Counted from the first letter of the stretch, positions 8,836 through 18,018 are shown. The stretch: DNA of 50,641 nucleotides from Bacteroidia bacterium (GCA_036170695.1 JAVHPR010000148.1:1-50641); one strand, 5' to 3'. Made by a program: numbers and translations. The notes: generated from the letters alone by a model not told the origin.

Positions 8836-10461
8836 ATGACATTTAGTATTGAAGGAAATATCGTTGATGTATTAAATCAGGTTATTTTTAAAGGGGTTAT
8901 AACAGTTGATAATGGTATAATTTCGAATATTGAAAGAAAGGATGTTTCATCTACTAATTTCATTCTTCCCGGATTTATTGATTCCCATGTGCATGTGGAA
9001 AGTTCCATGCTCATCCCTTCCGAGTTTGCCCGTCTGGCTGTTACACATGGTACCGTAGCAACGGTTTCTGACCCTCATGAAATTGGCAACGTATTGGGTA
9101 TTGATGGTGTAAAATACATGTTGGATAACGGAAAGAAAGTGCCTTTTAAATTTCATTTCGGAGCTCCTTCATGTGTCCCGGCAACTACTTTTGAAACAGC
9201 CGGAGCTGTGATAGGACTAAAAGAAATTGAAGAGTTATTAAAAATGCCTGAGATTGTTTGTCTGGCTGAAATGATGGATTTTCCCGGAGTTATATCTAAG
9301 GATGAAATGGTGATGAAAAAAATTCAGCTGGCTCATAAATATAAAAAAGTTATTGATGGGCATGCACCCGGACTGCGTGGTGAAGATGCGAAAGCATATG
9401 TAACAGCCGGCATTACCACCGATCATGAATGTTATACTGCCGATGAAGCATTGGAAAGAATACAGTTGGGGATGAAAATATTAATTCGTGAAGGAAGTGC
9501 CGCAAAAAACTTTGAAGTTCTTATTGATTTAATGTACGATCATTATTCCGATATGATGCTTTGCTCTGACGACAAGCATCCAAACGATTTAGCGCTAGGT
9601 CATATTAATCTGTTAGTGAAACGTGCTATAAAAAGAGGCATTCCGCCCTTACATGTTTTTCAGACGGCTTGTGTAAATCCTGTTAAACATTTTGGATTGA
9701 AAGTAGGGCTTCTTCAGATAAATGATGCTGCCGATTTTATTGTTACAGATAATTTAACCGATCTTACAATTCTTGAAACATATATTGATGGAAAACTCGT
9801 TGCAAAAAATGGCAAAAGTCTAATTCCATCTGTAAAAGAGAAAGCCGTTAATAATTTCAATTGTCATAAAATTTCGGAGAAAGATATTGAAGTAGCGGCG
9901 AAGAGCAATAAAATAAGAGTTATTGAAGTTGTAGACGGACAATTGATCACCAGTGAGCTAATTGCAGAAATGACCCCTGATAACGGCAAACTCAATAGCG
10001 ATACTTCCAGAGACATATTAAAGATCGTGGTAGTCAATCGTTATCACGATAGCTTGCCAAGCGTTGCATTTGTGAAAAATTTTGGATTAAAAGAAGGAGC
10101 AATGGCTTCTACAGTAGTCCACGACAGTCATAATATTATTGCAACCGGAGTTAGTGACGCAGATATTGTTGCAGCAATAAATTTATTGATTGAACACAAA
10201 GGTGGAGTTTCAGCAGTCTGTGGTGGTCTTAAGGATATTCTTCCATTGCCAGTAGCCGGATTAATGAGTGTTGAAGATGGATACGCTGTGGCTGAAAAAT
10301 ATGAATCGATAGATAAAAAGGTAAAAATCTGGGGATGCTCATTACACGCACCTTATATGACCTTGTCTTTTCTTGCACTTCTGGTTATACCCAATCTGAA
10401 AATAAGCGATAAAGGATTGTTTGATGGGAAAGAATTTAAAATTACTTCTTTATATGTTTAA
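8836..10461 (+). CDS. ade: adenine deaminase
   Basis: 541-aa amidohydrolase with LPGFIDSHVHVESSM metal-binding motif, and with the length and domain order typical of Ade. Confidence 0.88.
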   Translation: MTFSIEGNIVDVLNQVIFKGVITVDNGIISNIERKDVSSTNFILPGFIDSHVHVESSMLIPSEFARLAVTHGTVATVSDPHEIGNVLGIDGVKYMLDNGKKVPFKFHFGAPSCVPATTFETAGAVIGLKEIEELLKMPEIVCLAEMMDFPGVISKDEMVMKKIQLAHKYKKVIDGHAPGLRGEDAKAYVTAGITTDHECYTADEALERIQLGMKILIREGSAAKNFEVLIDLMYDHYSDMMLCSDDKHPNDLALGHINLLVKRAIKRGIPPLHVFQTACVNPVKHFGLKVGLLQINDAADFIVTDNLTDLTILETYIDGKLVAKNGKSLIPSVKEKAVNNFNCHKISEKDIEVAAKSNKIRVIEVVDGQLITSELIAEMTPDNGKLNSDTSRDILKIVVVNRYHDSLPSVAFVKNFGLKEGAMASTVVHDSHNIIATGVSDADIVAAINLLIEHKGGVSAVCGGLKDILPLPVAGLMSVEDGYAVAEKYESIDKKVKIWGCSLHAPYMTLSFLALLVIPNLKISDKGLFDGKEFKITSLYV

Positions 10462-10476
10462 TGTCCCGGCCGAATT

Positions 10477-11202
10477 ATGAGCAGTTCCCGTAAAAAAATA
10501 TTTGCAAGCATATTTATATTGATAGTTGCTTTTGTATTGTTTGCAAGCAGTTCCCATAGTTTTTTACTTGAAATTGTTTTCAAACCGCTGATTGTTGTCA
10601 GTCTGTTGGTTTATTTATTTGTTGAGTCGGGACACAAAGGGAAAGCGGTTTATTATGCAATAAGCGGTTTGTTATTATCCCTGCTTGGAGATGTATTGCT
10701 TATCTTTCAGGAACAACATACTTTATTTTTTATTGGCGGATTGGTTTCTTTTTTACTTGCACACGTTTCCTACGTTCTTTATTATTTGCGCTCATCCGAC
10801 CTTACTGCGGTGAAAAAATTAAAAAATAAAATTTTATATATTTTGTTAATGGTAATTTATGGAATCGTGATGTATTCCATGCTTTATAATAATTTAGGCG
10901 AGCTGGCAGCCCCTGTTTTTGTTTACACTTCCATATTGATAAGCATGAATATCTTTGCTTTAAATCGTTATGGGAAGGTGAATGAAAATAGTTTTAACCT
11001 GATCTTGGTCGGAGCTATAATTTTCGCTGTTTCCGACAGTTTGTTAGCATTCAACAAGTTTTTTCTACCCATTCCTCTTGCAGGTATTTGGATTTTGTCC
11101 ACGTATGCTACAGCTCAATATTTTATTGTTCAAGGCATATTAGCCAACAATACTTCTATTCCCTCTTCTTCTTTTGAGAAGAAATTAAAGATAGAGGTAT
11201 AG
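10477..11202 (+). CDS. YhhN-family (lysoplasmalogenase-like) membrane protein
   Basis: 241-aa polytopic ORF with FKPLIV, LLSLLGDVLLIF and FLLAHVSYVLYY motifs typical of YhhN/TMEM86. Confidence 0.7.
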   Translation: MSSSRKKIFASIFILIVAFVLFASSSHSFLLEIVFKPLIVVSLLVYLFVESGHKGKAVYYAISGLLLSLLGDVLLIFQEQHTLFFIGGLVSFLLAHVSYVLYYLRSSDLTAVKKLKNKILYILLMVIYGIVMYSMLYNNLGELAAPVFVYTSILISMNIFALNRYGKVNENSFNLILVGAIIFAVSDSLLAFNKFFLPIPLAGIWILSTYATAQYFIVQGILANNTSIPSSSFEKKLKIEV

Positions 11203-11233
11203 GTGATTAAACGAAGAGTCAAATAAAAAACAA

Positions 11234-12658
11234 ATGGAAAACACATTAACTAAAGACGTGAGGGATAACATCAAGCGGATTTTTGATGCGCAGTGGAAAA
11301 ATCAACTTAGCGTTAAGTTAAGCTCTATTGATGATCGTAAAGCGAAGCTTAAGAAATTAAAGACCGCCATCAAAGACAATGAGAACGCCATTTTTGAAGC
11401 ATTGAAAAAGGATTTAAGAAAACCTGTTTTTGAATCTGCTGTTTTTGAAGTGTTTTTTGTTTATGGGGAATTGGATTTTGCAATCAAAAATTTATCGCTC
11501 TGGACAGAGCCTCAGATTGTCCCTTCCAATACGGTGAACATGCTTACCAAATGCAGTATTAATTTTGAACCAAAAGGCGTTTGTTTAATTATTGCACCTT
11601 GGAATTATCCCTTTCAATTATTAATATCTCCTTTGATTTCAGCCATTGCAGCCGGGAACTGTTGTATTTTAAAACCTTCTGAATTGGCTCCTGCAACAAG
11701 CAGTGTGTTGACTAACCTGATAAAAGAAACTTTTAACGAGGAAGAAATCGCAATTATTGAAGGAGATGTTTCGGTTTCAACCGAATTGTTGAGTTTCCCT
11801 TTCAATCATATTTTCTTTACAGGCAGCACAAAAGTTGGAAAAATAGTGATGGAAGCCGCTTCCAAAAATCTATCAACGGTAACTTTAGAGTTGGGCGGCA
11901 AATCTCCTGCAATTATTGATGAAAATGCCGATTTGAGAAAGGCGGCTGATAAAATAACCTGGGGGACATTCGCAAATGCCGGTCAAACTTGTATTGCGCC
12001 CGATTATGTTTATGTACATGAGAATCAACTGGAAGAGTTTATTGAGTTGATGAGAGAAAATATAGAAAAAAAATATTTCGACAAGGGCAGGCTAAACAAA
12101 GAAGATTATGGAAAAATTATTTCGGATAGCCATTTTAAACGAATACAAATCCTTTTGGATGAGGCCATTAAAAAAGGAGGGCAGGTTAAAATTGGAGGAA
12201 CATTTGAGGAATCAGACAGAACTATACATCCAACCGTTATTACGAATGTATCTTTGGATTCCTTTATTATGAAGGAAGAAATTTTTGGACCGGTATTGCC
12301 GGTATTAACCTATAAAAATCTGAATGAAGTTATCTCGTTTGTGAATGCAAATAGCAAACCATTGGCATTATATATATTCGGCAAAAATAAACGGAACATT
12401 GATACTATTTTAAAACAAACATCTTCAGGCGGTGTTTGTGTAAATGATGTAATGATTCATATATCAAATCCGAACTTGTCTTTTGGCGGAGTAAATGCAA
12501 GTGGAATAGGTGGGTCGCATGGGGTGTATGGATTTAAAGCTTTTTCTCATGAACGTTCCGTAATGGTTCAGTCACGCCTGGTTGATATTGGCAAAATCGT
12601 TTACCCCCCGTATAAAGCAAAAGGGTTGATTTTGAAATTACTTAGAAAATTGATGTAG
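11234..12658 (+). CDS. NAD(P)-dependent aldehyde dehydrogenase (class-3-like)
   Basis: 474 aa with ELGGKSP (catalytic Glu) and ANAGQTCIAPDYVYV (catalytic Cys). Confidence 0.88.
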   Translation: MENTLTKDVRDNIKRIFDAQWKNQLSVKLSSIDDRKAKLKKLKTAIKDNENAIFEALKKDLRKPVFESAVFEVFFVYGELDFAIKNLSLWTEPQIVPSNTVNMLTKCSINFEPKGVCLIIAPWNYPFQLLISPLISAIAAGNCCILKPSELAPATSSVLTNLIKETFNEEEIAIIEGDVSVSTELLSFPFNHIFFTGSTKVGKIVMEAASKNLSTVTLELGGKSPAIIDENADLRKAADKITWGTFANAGQTCIAPDYVYVHENQLEEFIELMRENIEKKYFDKGRLNKEDYGKIISDSHFKRIQILLDEAIKKGGQVKIGGTFEESDRTIHPTVITNVSLDSFIMKEEIFGPVLPVLTYKNLNEVISFVNANSKPLALYIFGKNKRNIDTILKQTSSGGVCVNDVMIHISNPNLSFGGVNASGIGGSHGVYGFKAFSHERSVMVQSRLVDIGKIVYPPYKAKGLILKLLRKLM

Positions 12659-12671
12659 CAATAAATAATTT

Positions 12672-13622
12672 ATGAAACAATTTGCAATTGCATTGCATGG
12701 CGGGGCGGGCGCAATACCGCGCTCCACCATGAATCCTGAAATAGAAAAGAATTATAAAAAAGGGTTGGAAGAAGCCATCCTTGCCGGTGATGCAATATTA
12801 TCATCTGGCGGTACTGCCTTGTTTGCGGTGGAAGCAGCCGTGAAAAAGCTGGAAGACAATCCGCTTTTTAATGCTGGCAGGGGCGCTGTTTTTACTACCG
12901 GTGGCACCAATGAACTGGATGCCTCAATCATGGATGGGGAAAACCTGATGGCCGGTGCTGTTACCGGTGTTAAGAATATAAAAAATCCTGTTTCTTTGGC
13001 CAGAACAGTGATGGAAAACTCGGAACACGTGTTTTTATCAGGTTTGGGTGCGATGGAGTTTGCCGAAAAAATGAAATTGGAGTTTGCTCCCGACGAATAT
13101 TTCTTTGTGCAGGAGCGTTACGACCAGTTATTACAGGCAAAAGAAAACGATCAGGTGGTTTTAGATCACGGTGATTTAAAAGGGCCAGGGAAGGCACCTA
13201 CCTCTAAAAAAGGTACTGTGGGCGCTGTTGCATTGGACATGCATGGAAATATTGCTGCGGCAACTTCTACTGGCGGTATGACGAATAAAAAATTCGGAAG
13301 GGTGGGAGATAGCCCTATCATTGGAGCCGGAACGTATGCGAATAATAATACCTGTGCTATTTCATGTACGGGGCACGGTGAATTTTTTATTCGTTCGGTA
13401 GTTGCTTATGATATTTCATGTCTGATGGAATACAAAGGGTTAACATTAAAAGAGGCATGTGATATTGTAGTTTATCAGAAATTGGTGAAAATTGGCGGAG
13501 AAGGCGGTCTTGTTGGTATTGATGCAATAGGTAATATTGAAATGCCTTTTAATTCCGAAGGGATGTATCGTGCAATGAGAAAATCCGGTGGGGAAATTTT
13601 TACAGGTATCTATAAAATATAA
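12672..13622 (+). CDS. isoaspartyl peptidase / L-asparaginase (Ntn hydrolase)
   Basis: 316 aa with the GTVGAVALD autoprocessing/nucleophile Thr motif, NAGRGAV and GGEGGLV. Confidence 0.88.
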   Translation: MKQFAIALHGGAGAIPRSTMNPEIEKNYKKGLEEAILAGDAILSSGGTALFAVEAAVKKLEDNPLFNAGRGAVFTTGGTNELDASIMDGENLMAGAVTGVKNIKNPVSLARTVMENSEHVFLSGLGAMEFAEKMKLEFAPDEYFFVQERYDQLLQAKENDQVVLDHGDLKGPGKAPTSKKGTVGAVALDMHGNIAAATSTGGMTNKKFGRVGDSPIIGAGTYANNNTCAISCTGHGEFFIRSVVAYDISCLMEYKGLTLKEACDIVVYQKLVKIGGEGGLVGIDAIGNIEMPFNSEGMYRAMRKSGGEIFTGIYKI

Positions 13623-13637
13623 TTATAATTAAACAAA

Positions 13638-15002
13638 ATGAACGAAGATATTTTACCCCTGCTTTATAAATACGACCTTCCACTTCCTAGATATACAAGC
13701 TATCCAACGGTACCCTATTGGGAGAAAGAAACTATAAATAGTGAGAAGTGGGCAAAATCAGTCATTGAAACTTTTAAAAAAGAGAATGGTGAAATAAGTA
13801 TTTATATTAATTTACCATTCTGCGAAAATCTGTGCACCTTTTGTGCATGCAATAAGCGTATTACAAAGAATCACAAAGTTGAAACCCCGTATTTAGAGAC
13901 AGTATTAAAAGAATGGGAAATGTATCGTTCTTTGTTGCCTACTGCTCCCGTTATTCGTGAGATACAACTTGGTGGTGGTACACCTACTTTTTTTAGTCCT
14001 GAAAATTTAGTACAGCTTATTAAAGGGATTACAAAAAACTCAAAAGTATCGGATAATCACGAGTTTAGTATAGAGGTGCATCCTAACTATACCAGGGAAG
14101 AACATTTGGAACAGCTTGCCACAGTTGGTTTTAACCGCGTTAGTTTAGGTGTGCAGGATTTCGATCCTGTTGTACAGCATATTATTAACAGGGTTCAGTC
14201 GTTCAAAAAAACAAATGAAGTGGTGCAATGGGCCCGAAAGCATGGTTATAAAAGTATCAACATTGATTTGATTTATGGATTACCTAAACAAACTATTTCC
14301 AGTATAGATTTTACCATTTCAAAAATAAAAGAATTAAAACCGGATAGAATTGCTTTTTATTCCTATGCCTTTGTTCCTTGGAAAAGCAAAGGTCAACGGA
14401 GATATACAAAAGCCGACTTGCCGGAAGCTTCTGAAAAATGGAAAATGTATCAGTTGGGGAAAACCATGCTCACAGAGCTTGGATACAAAGCAATTGGCAT
14501 GGATCACTTTGCTTTGCCCAATGACAAGTTATTTGAAGCGGTTTCTAATGGGACGATGCATAGGAACTTCATGGGTTATACAACTACGCAGTCAAAACTT
14601 ATTATTGCATTGGGATCTTCCAGCATTAGCGATGCCTGGATAGCTTTCGCACAAAATGAAGAAAACGTGGAGGAGTATCAGGAAAAAATTTCTCATGGTT
14701 TATTTCCATTGGTAAATGGTCATTTATTAAATGCGGAAGATTTAATAATTCGAAAGAACATTCTGGATTTAATGTGTCGCGGCTTTACAAAAATTGACAA
14801 AAAAACTTTTGATACTATTGTCCTTGAAAAAATGATGCATGAACTTTCTTTATTAGAAGAAGATGGTTTGGTGAGATTGGAACAGAATTCAATTTTTGTT
14901 ACCGAAAAAGGTAGTTTATTTATACGTAATATTTGTTCAGTATTGGATGTTCGTCTGCGCAGAAAAAAAACAGAAGGCAATATGTTTAGCAAGTCAATTT
15001 AG
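13638..15002 (+). CDS. hemN: oxygen-independent coproporphyrinogen III oxidase (radical SAM, HemN)
   Basis: 454 aa with the radical-SAM cluster motif CENLCTFCAC (Cx3Cx2C), GGGTPTF and a HemN C-terminal domain. Confidence 0.88.
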   Translation: MNEDILPLLYKYDLPLPRYTSYPTVPYWEKETINSEKWAKSVIETFKKENGEISIYINLPFCENLCTFCACNKRITKNHKVETPYLETVLKEWEMYRSLLPTAPVIREIQLGGGTPTFFSPENLVQLIKGITKNSKVSDNHEFSIEVHPNYTREEHLEQLATVGFNRVSLGVQDFDPVVQHIINRVQSFKKTNEVVQWARKHGYKSINIDLIYGLPKQTISSIDFTISKIKELKPDRIAFYSYAFVPWKSKGQRRYTKADLPEASEKWKMYQLGKTMLTELGYKAIGMDHFALPNDKLFEAVSNGTMHRNFMGYTTTQSKLIIALGSSSISDAWIAFAQNEENVEEYQEKISHGLFPLVNGHLLNAEDLIIRKNILDLMCRGFTKIDKKTFDTIVLEKMMHELSLLEEDGLVRLEQNSIFVTEKGSLFIRNICSVLDVRLRRKKTEGNMFSKSI

Positions 15003-15028
15003 GGGGATAAAGAAAGTATTCAGGCTTT

Positions 15029-15038
15029 CCCCCCCCCC
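15029..15038. repeat. C10 homopolymer tract
   Basis: Ten consecutive C, 27 nt after the hemN stop, in an AT-rich background. AGGGGG at 15001-15006 could pair with it. Confidence 0.9.
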
Positions 15039-15229
15039 AAAATAATTACAAAAAAACATTAATTGTGGAATGATTTTTATTGTTTCTGTTGGTGATTTTC
15101 ACCCAGTTTTATTCCCCACTTTATCACTACAATTGTAGTAATAATACCGATTGCCATAGCACCCTCTTCGATGAGGTCTATAAATCGACCTGTTTTGAAA
15201 TGTTTAATTGAATTTATTTATGCCCTGTT

Positions 15230-15925
15230 ATGAAAGATAATGTAGAATGTAAAAAGTGCAATAGCTTCAATTGCTTCATAAAGAAGTATTGTTTTGGTGA
15301 ATATTTAGATGAAATTTCCACTTACAAAAATCAGAACTTTTATGAAAAGGGAGATTACATTTTTAGAGAAGGAAACGCAATGCTGGGAATTCATTTTATT
15401 CAACATGGAGGAGTAAAAGTAGTAACAACTAATTTAAATGGCAGAGAGCAGGTGGTTCGTTTGGCTTCAGATGGGAATACTCTGGGGCATAGAGTTTTAG
15501 GAAATGATAAATACTACTTTAACGCTATTGCCTTGATGGATACAAATGTGTGTTTTTTGGAAACAAGTGTTTTTCGAAATATTTGTATGAAGACGCCTGA
15601 ATTTGCGTATAACCTTATTCTTTTTTATGCTCTTGAATTAAGAAGAACAGAATTACGGGTGAAATACCATTCACAAATGAATATCCGGGAAAAAGTGGCG
15701 GAAGCTTTTGTTTATATAAATGAAATATTTGGAACAAACCCTAAAACAAAAACATTGAATATTGAATTGAGCAGGCAGGAAATAGCTGATATTGCAGGAA
15801 CAACGCCAGAACAGGTAACGAGGCAGTTAAGTGATTTTGAAAAGGAGAAATTAATATTCAGAAAGAAAAGGGAAATTCAGATAATAAATGCTAAAGGCCT
15901 GGAAAACATAGTACGTGAATATTAA
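15230..15925 (+). CDS. Crp/Fnr-family transcriptional regulator with N-terminal Cys cluster
   Basis: 231 aa with four N-terminal cysteines (CKKCNSFNCFIKKYC), a cNMP-binding-like beta-roll and a C-terminal HTH (SRQEIADIAGTTPEQVTRQLSDF). Confidence 0.85.
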   Translation: MKDNVECKKCNSFNCFIKKYCFGEYLDEISTYKNQNFYEKGDYIFREGNAMLGIHFIQHGGVKVVTTNLNGREQVVRLASDGNTLGHRVLGNDKYYFNAIALMDTNVCFLETSVFRNICMKTPEFAYNLILFYALELRRTELRVKYHSQMNIREKVAEAFVYINEIFGTNPKTKTLNIELSRQEIADIAGTTPEQVTRQLSDFEKEKLIFRKKREIQIINAKGLENIVREY

Positions 15926-15947
15926 TATTGCACAATGTACCTTTAGA

Positions 15948-15987
15948 TGGCGGTTATTATATTTTTCTTCAAGGCTAATTTCTTCAC
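15948..15987. repeat. left copy of ~40-bp direct repeat bounding the TA islet
   Basis: TGGCGGTTATTATATTTTTCTTCAAGGCTAATTTCTTCAC recurs at 18698-18738 in the same orientation (~36/41 identical). It lies inside the 11-bp inverted repeat TTTAGATGGCG (15942-15952) / CGCCATCTAAA (16003-16013). Confidence 0.8.
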
Positions 15988-16048
15988 AATTTGATTTCTG
16001 TTCGCCATCTAAATTGGGTTAATTTCTGACATAGCACTTAAATACATA

Positions 16049-16393
16049 CTATTTAAAGTTGTCAATAATTCTTTGTCTATCTTCAACTTCTTTATTATTC
16101 TTATGATAAAGTTCAATGAAAACTATTCTTTTTTCTTCTTGGTAATGACCATAAATTAAACGTAAACCCGAATTTACTCCACGACCTTTTAACGATTTAC
16201 AAGCAATCTTTTTTACCTTAATAATACAAGCATTCACCTCCAAATTATCAATACGAAAACTGAATGGCGGTCTTTCATCTGGCGCAATTTCTAAAACTCT
16301 TTTCACCACGTCCAAATCATCATTCAGCGTTCTATATTTTTTTAAAAGGGTTTTCAAATTCTTTTTAAATTCTGCAAGTTCATCAAAGGTCAT
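16049..16393 (-). CDS. toxin candidate partnered with Panacea-type antitoxin (RelE/ParE-superfamily-like; family not assigned)
   Basis: 114-aa ORF whose ATG overlaps the upstream TGA by 4 nt (ATGA). The C-terminal pattern KGRGVNSGLRLIYGHYQEEKRIVFIELYHKNNKE resembles RelE-fold toxins. Confidence 0.6.
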   Translation of the reverse strand: MTFDELAEFKKNLKTLLKKYRTLNDDLDVVKRVLEIAPDERPPFSFRIDNLEVNACIIKVKKIACKSLKGRGVNSGLRLIYGHYQEEKRIVFIELYHKNNKEVEDRQRIIDNFK

Positions 16394-17193
16394 TGCTGTT
16401 CAATTTCATCTCCATAGTTTCTTACAGAGAAAGGAGCGTCTCTATAAAAAGCCAATTCATAATTTATTTCCTCTCCTTCTTTTGAAGCTTGCCAAGGCAT
16501 ATCTTTATGAGAATAATTGCTTATTGCAGCGGCAGACCAATCACTCATTTGCTCAATTACCCTATCAATGGTTTCTTTTTCACTTGCCATTAGTTCAGTC
16601 AAATTGGCTTTTTCCAAAGGCAAATAACGAGTTTGTGGATAACCGTGATATTCTGTTTTTACTCTTTTTAATTGCCCTTTATCAATCATTTGATTTACGA
16701 TTGAATCCAGTTTTTGCGGAACAGGTCCGTAAGGTAATTTACGATATTTCGCACCAGTTAAATGCTCTTCATACAACTCATAATAATTAAAATCTGAAAA
16801 GTATAGTAATTTATAAAGTACTGTTTCTCCAACATTCGGCTTCCCTGCACATCTTTCAAGAATATACAACAACACATTTTTAAACTTGTTGATTTGTAGG
16901 GTTGGGACAGAAATACGCTCCTGTGATTTTTTGGAATTTGCCTCCATTTTATCTTCAACACTCTCAGTGGCTATAAAATCTTTAGACATAAAATCATCCA
17001 AAGAAAAACCTAAGACCAAAGACAATTTTTGTAATTCAAGAATATCGACACTTCTATTTCCGAGTTCTATTTGAGCTAAAGATGGTCGGGAAATCTTGAC
17101 AGTTTTCGCCAAATCTTCCTGAGACAACCCCTTCATTTTGCGCAGTGCCGTTATCCTCTGACCAATTTGCTTTTGTGACAATTTTACGTTCAT
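16390..17193 (-). CDS. XRE-family HTH + Panacea (SocA/DUF4065)-like domain antitoxin
   Basis: N-terminal HTH: QIGQRITALRKMKGLSQEDLAKTVKISRPSLAQIELGNR. The C-terminal region LLYILERCAGKPNVGETVLYKLLYFSDFNYYELYEEHLTGAKYRKLPYGPVP is recalled as DUF4065-like. I prefer ATG 17193 over the track start 17265 because a -7 box lies within the extension. Confidence 0.7.
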   Translation of the reverse strand: MNVKLSQKQIGQRITALRKMKGLSQEDLAKTVKISRPSLAQIELGNRSVDILELQKLSLVLGFSLDDFMSKDFIATESVEDKMEANSKKSQERISVPTLQINKFKNVLLYILERCAGKPNVGETVLYKLLYFSDFNYYELYEEHLTGAKYRKLPYGPVPQKLDSIVNQMIDKGQLKRVKTEYHGYPQTRYLPLEKANLTELMASEKETIDRVIEQMSDWSAAAISNYSHKDMPWQASKEGEEINYELAFYRDAPFSVRNYGDEIEQQ

Positions 17194-17222
17194 ATCTATT
17201 TGGAGTTTGCTGTTTGATGGGA

Positions 17223-17230
17223 CAAAGATA
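17223..17230 (-). promoter_or_regulatory. putative Bacteroidota -7 promoter box (TATCTTTG)
   Basis: It matches the TAnnTTTG consensus on the - strand, ~30 nt upstream of ATG 17193. Confidence 0.5.
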
Positions 17231-17407
17231 AGTGATGTTTTAATATAAAACAATGTTTTGTTCACAATCAGAACAAAATAATTTCAATTGACTGATAAGA
17301 ATTGGACTTCCTTAGATTGTGGTGAAATTGTTAGAATATTTCATGAAGGTGCAAAAGCATTTATTGAAGGCAAAGCAGTGCTTACTGTTAAAATGAAATT
17401 ACTATGA

Positions 17408-17689
17408 TTAGTAATATTGATGGTTACTTCTGTTATCAATAAAATAAAGAAGTGTTATTTCGTTTTTAGAAATTCTATATATAACGGAAGTTTGTTTTGA
17501 TATAACAGCCTTGTAAATAGATTTTTTCTTTGATGCAGGAAACAATTTATTGTTTTCGGAAATTAGGTCTAAAATATGAAAAACTTTTTCTTCAAAAGAT
17601 TCAACAGTTTTAATATTCCAATTATTGAAAATGAATTCAAGGGTTTCAAAATAAGTCTTTTCAGCTTCGGCAGACCAAATAATCTTCAT
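17408..17689 (-). CDS. type II toxin, ParE/RelE family (module 2)
   Basis: 93 aa. The IIWSAEAEKTYFE start and the ITLLYFIDNRSN end are typical of Bacteroidota ParE-like toxins. It starts 2 nt after the antitoxin stop. Confidence 0.8.
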   Translation of the reverse strand: MKIIWSAEAEKTYFETLEFIFNNWNIKTVESFEEKVFHILDLISENNKLFPASKKKSIYKAVISKQTSVIYRISKNEITLLYFIDNRSNHQYY

Positions 17690-17691
17690 AA

Positions 17692-17952
17692 TTATTTTGC
17701 CAATTTTTTATATTTGCTGATGACAGTTTTAGATTTAGCTATAACTTGTTCATGCGTATAAACCCGTTCTGCTTTTATATCTTTTAATCCCCTTTCAATA
17801 CCAACTTTTTGTTCTTCGGTTAACTCATCCCACCAATCTATCTCCCGTTTCTTTTGCTCGGTTATAAGTGCATAAATAGCATTAAGAGTTTTACTATCAT
17901 TGATAGATTCAATGAGTTTGTACAAATTGGATTTTAATTCAGCAGTACTCAT
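17692..17952 (-). CDS. antitoxin (small helical addiction-module component, module 2)
   Basis: 86-aa product from ATG 17952 (MSTAELKSNLYKLIESINDSK...WWDELTEEQKVGIERGLKDI). The track start 18069 runs through the promoter. Confidence 0.7.
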   Translation of the reverse strand: MSTAELKSNLYKLIESINDSKTLNAIYALITEQKKREIDWWDELTEEQKVGIERGLKDIKAERVYTHEQVIAKSKTVISKYKKLAK

Positions 17953-17971
17953 GGTAGTTGGTTTGTTCCTA

Positions 17972-18018
17972 CAAATGTACACCCAAAATTGAGAGGCGAC
18001 AAACTCAAATGATTTATT
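17972..18018 (-). promoter_or_regulatory. promoter of TA module 2 (-7 TACATTTG; conserved 20-mer containing -33 TTTG)
   Basis: On the - strand: AATAAATCATTTGAGTTTGT (18018-17999), a 20-nt spacer, then TACATTTG (17979-17972), then 19 nt to the ATG. The 20-mer is identical in module 1. Confidence 0.6.

Noticed and set aside
11161-11199. Possible degenerate AT-shifted family-A repeat forming the C-terminus of the YhhN ORF (CCCTCTTCTTCTTTTGAGAAGAAATTAAAGATAGAGG)
   Set aside because: It has the same architecture (hairpin, ATTAA, G-rich end), but the sequence identity is too low to distinguish it from a chance hairpin or terminator.
15077-15157. 26-aa hydrophobic - strand mini-ORF (MAIGIITTIVVIKWGIKLGENHQQKQ) between hemN and the fnr-like gene
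   Set aside because: It is too short, with no recognisable family or promoter. I noted it because small membrane peptides accompany cbb3/hemN loci, but it is unsupported.
15942-16013. Integron attC-like site at the edge of the TA islet
   Set aside because: The 11-bp inverted repeat lacks the RYYYAAC/GTTRRRY core sites. There is no integron integrase, and no comparable site lies between the TA cassettes.
17282-17407. Small + strand frame (TTG start, ~40 aa: ...NWTSLDCGEIVRIFHEGAKAFIEGKAVLTVKMKLL) exactly filling the gap between two TA modules
   Set aside because: It has no ATG and no promoter box, and it is too short to assess. It could be a gene remnant or a small protein, but I cannot support it from sequence alone.
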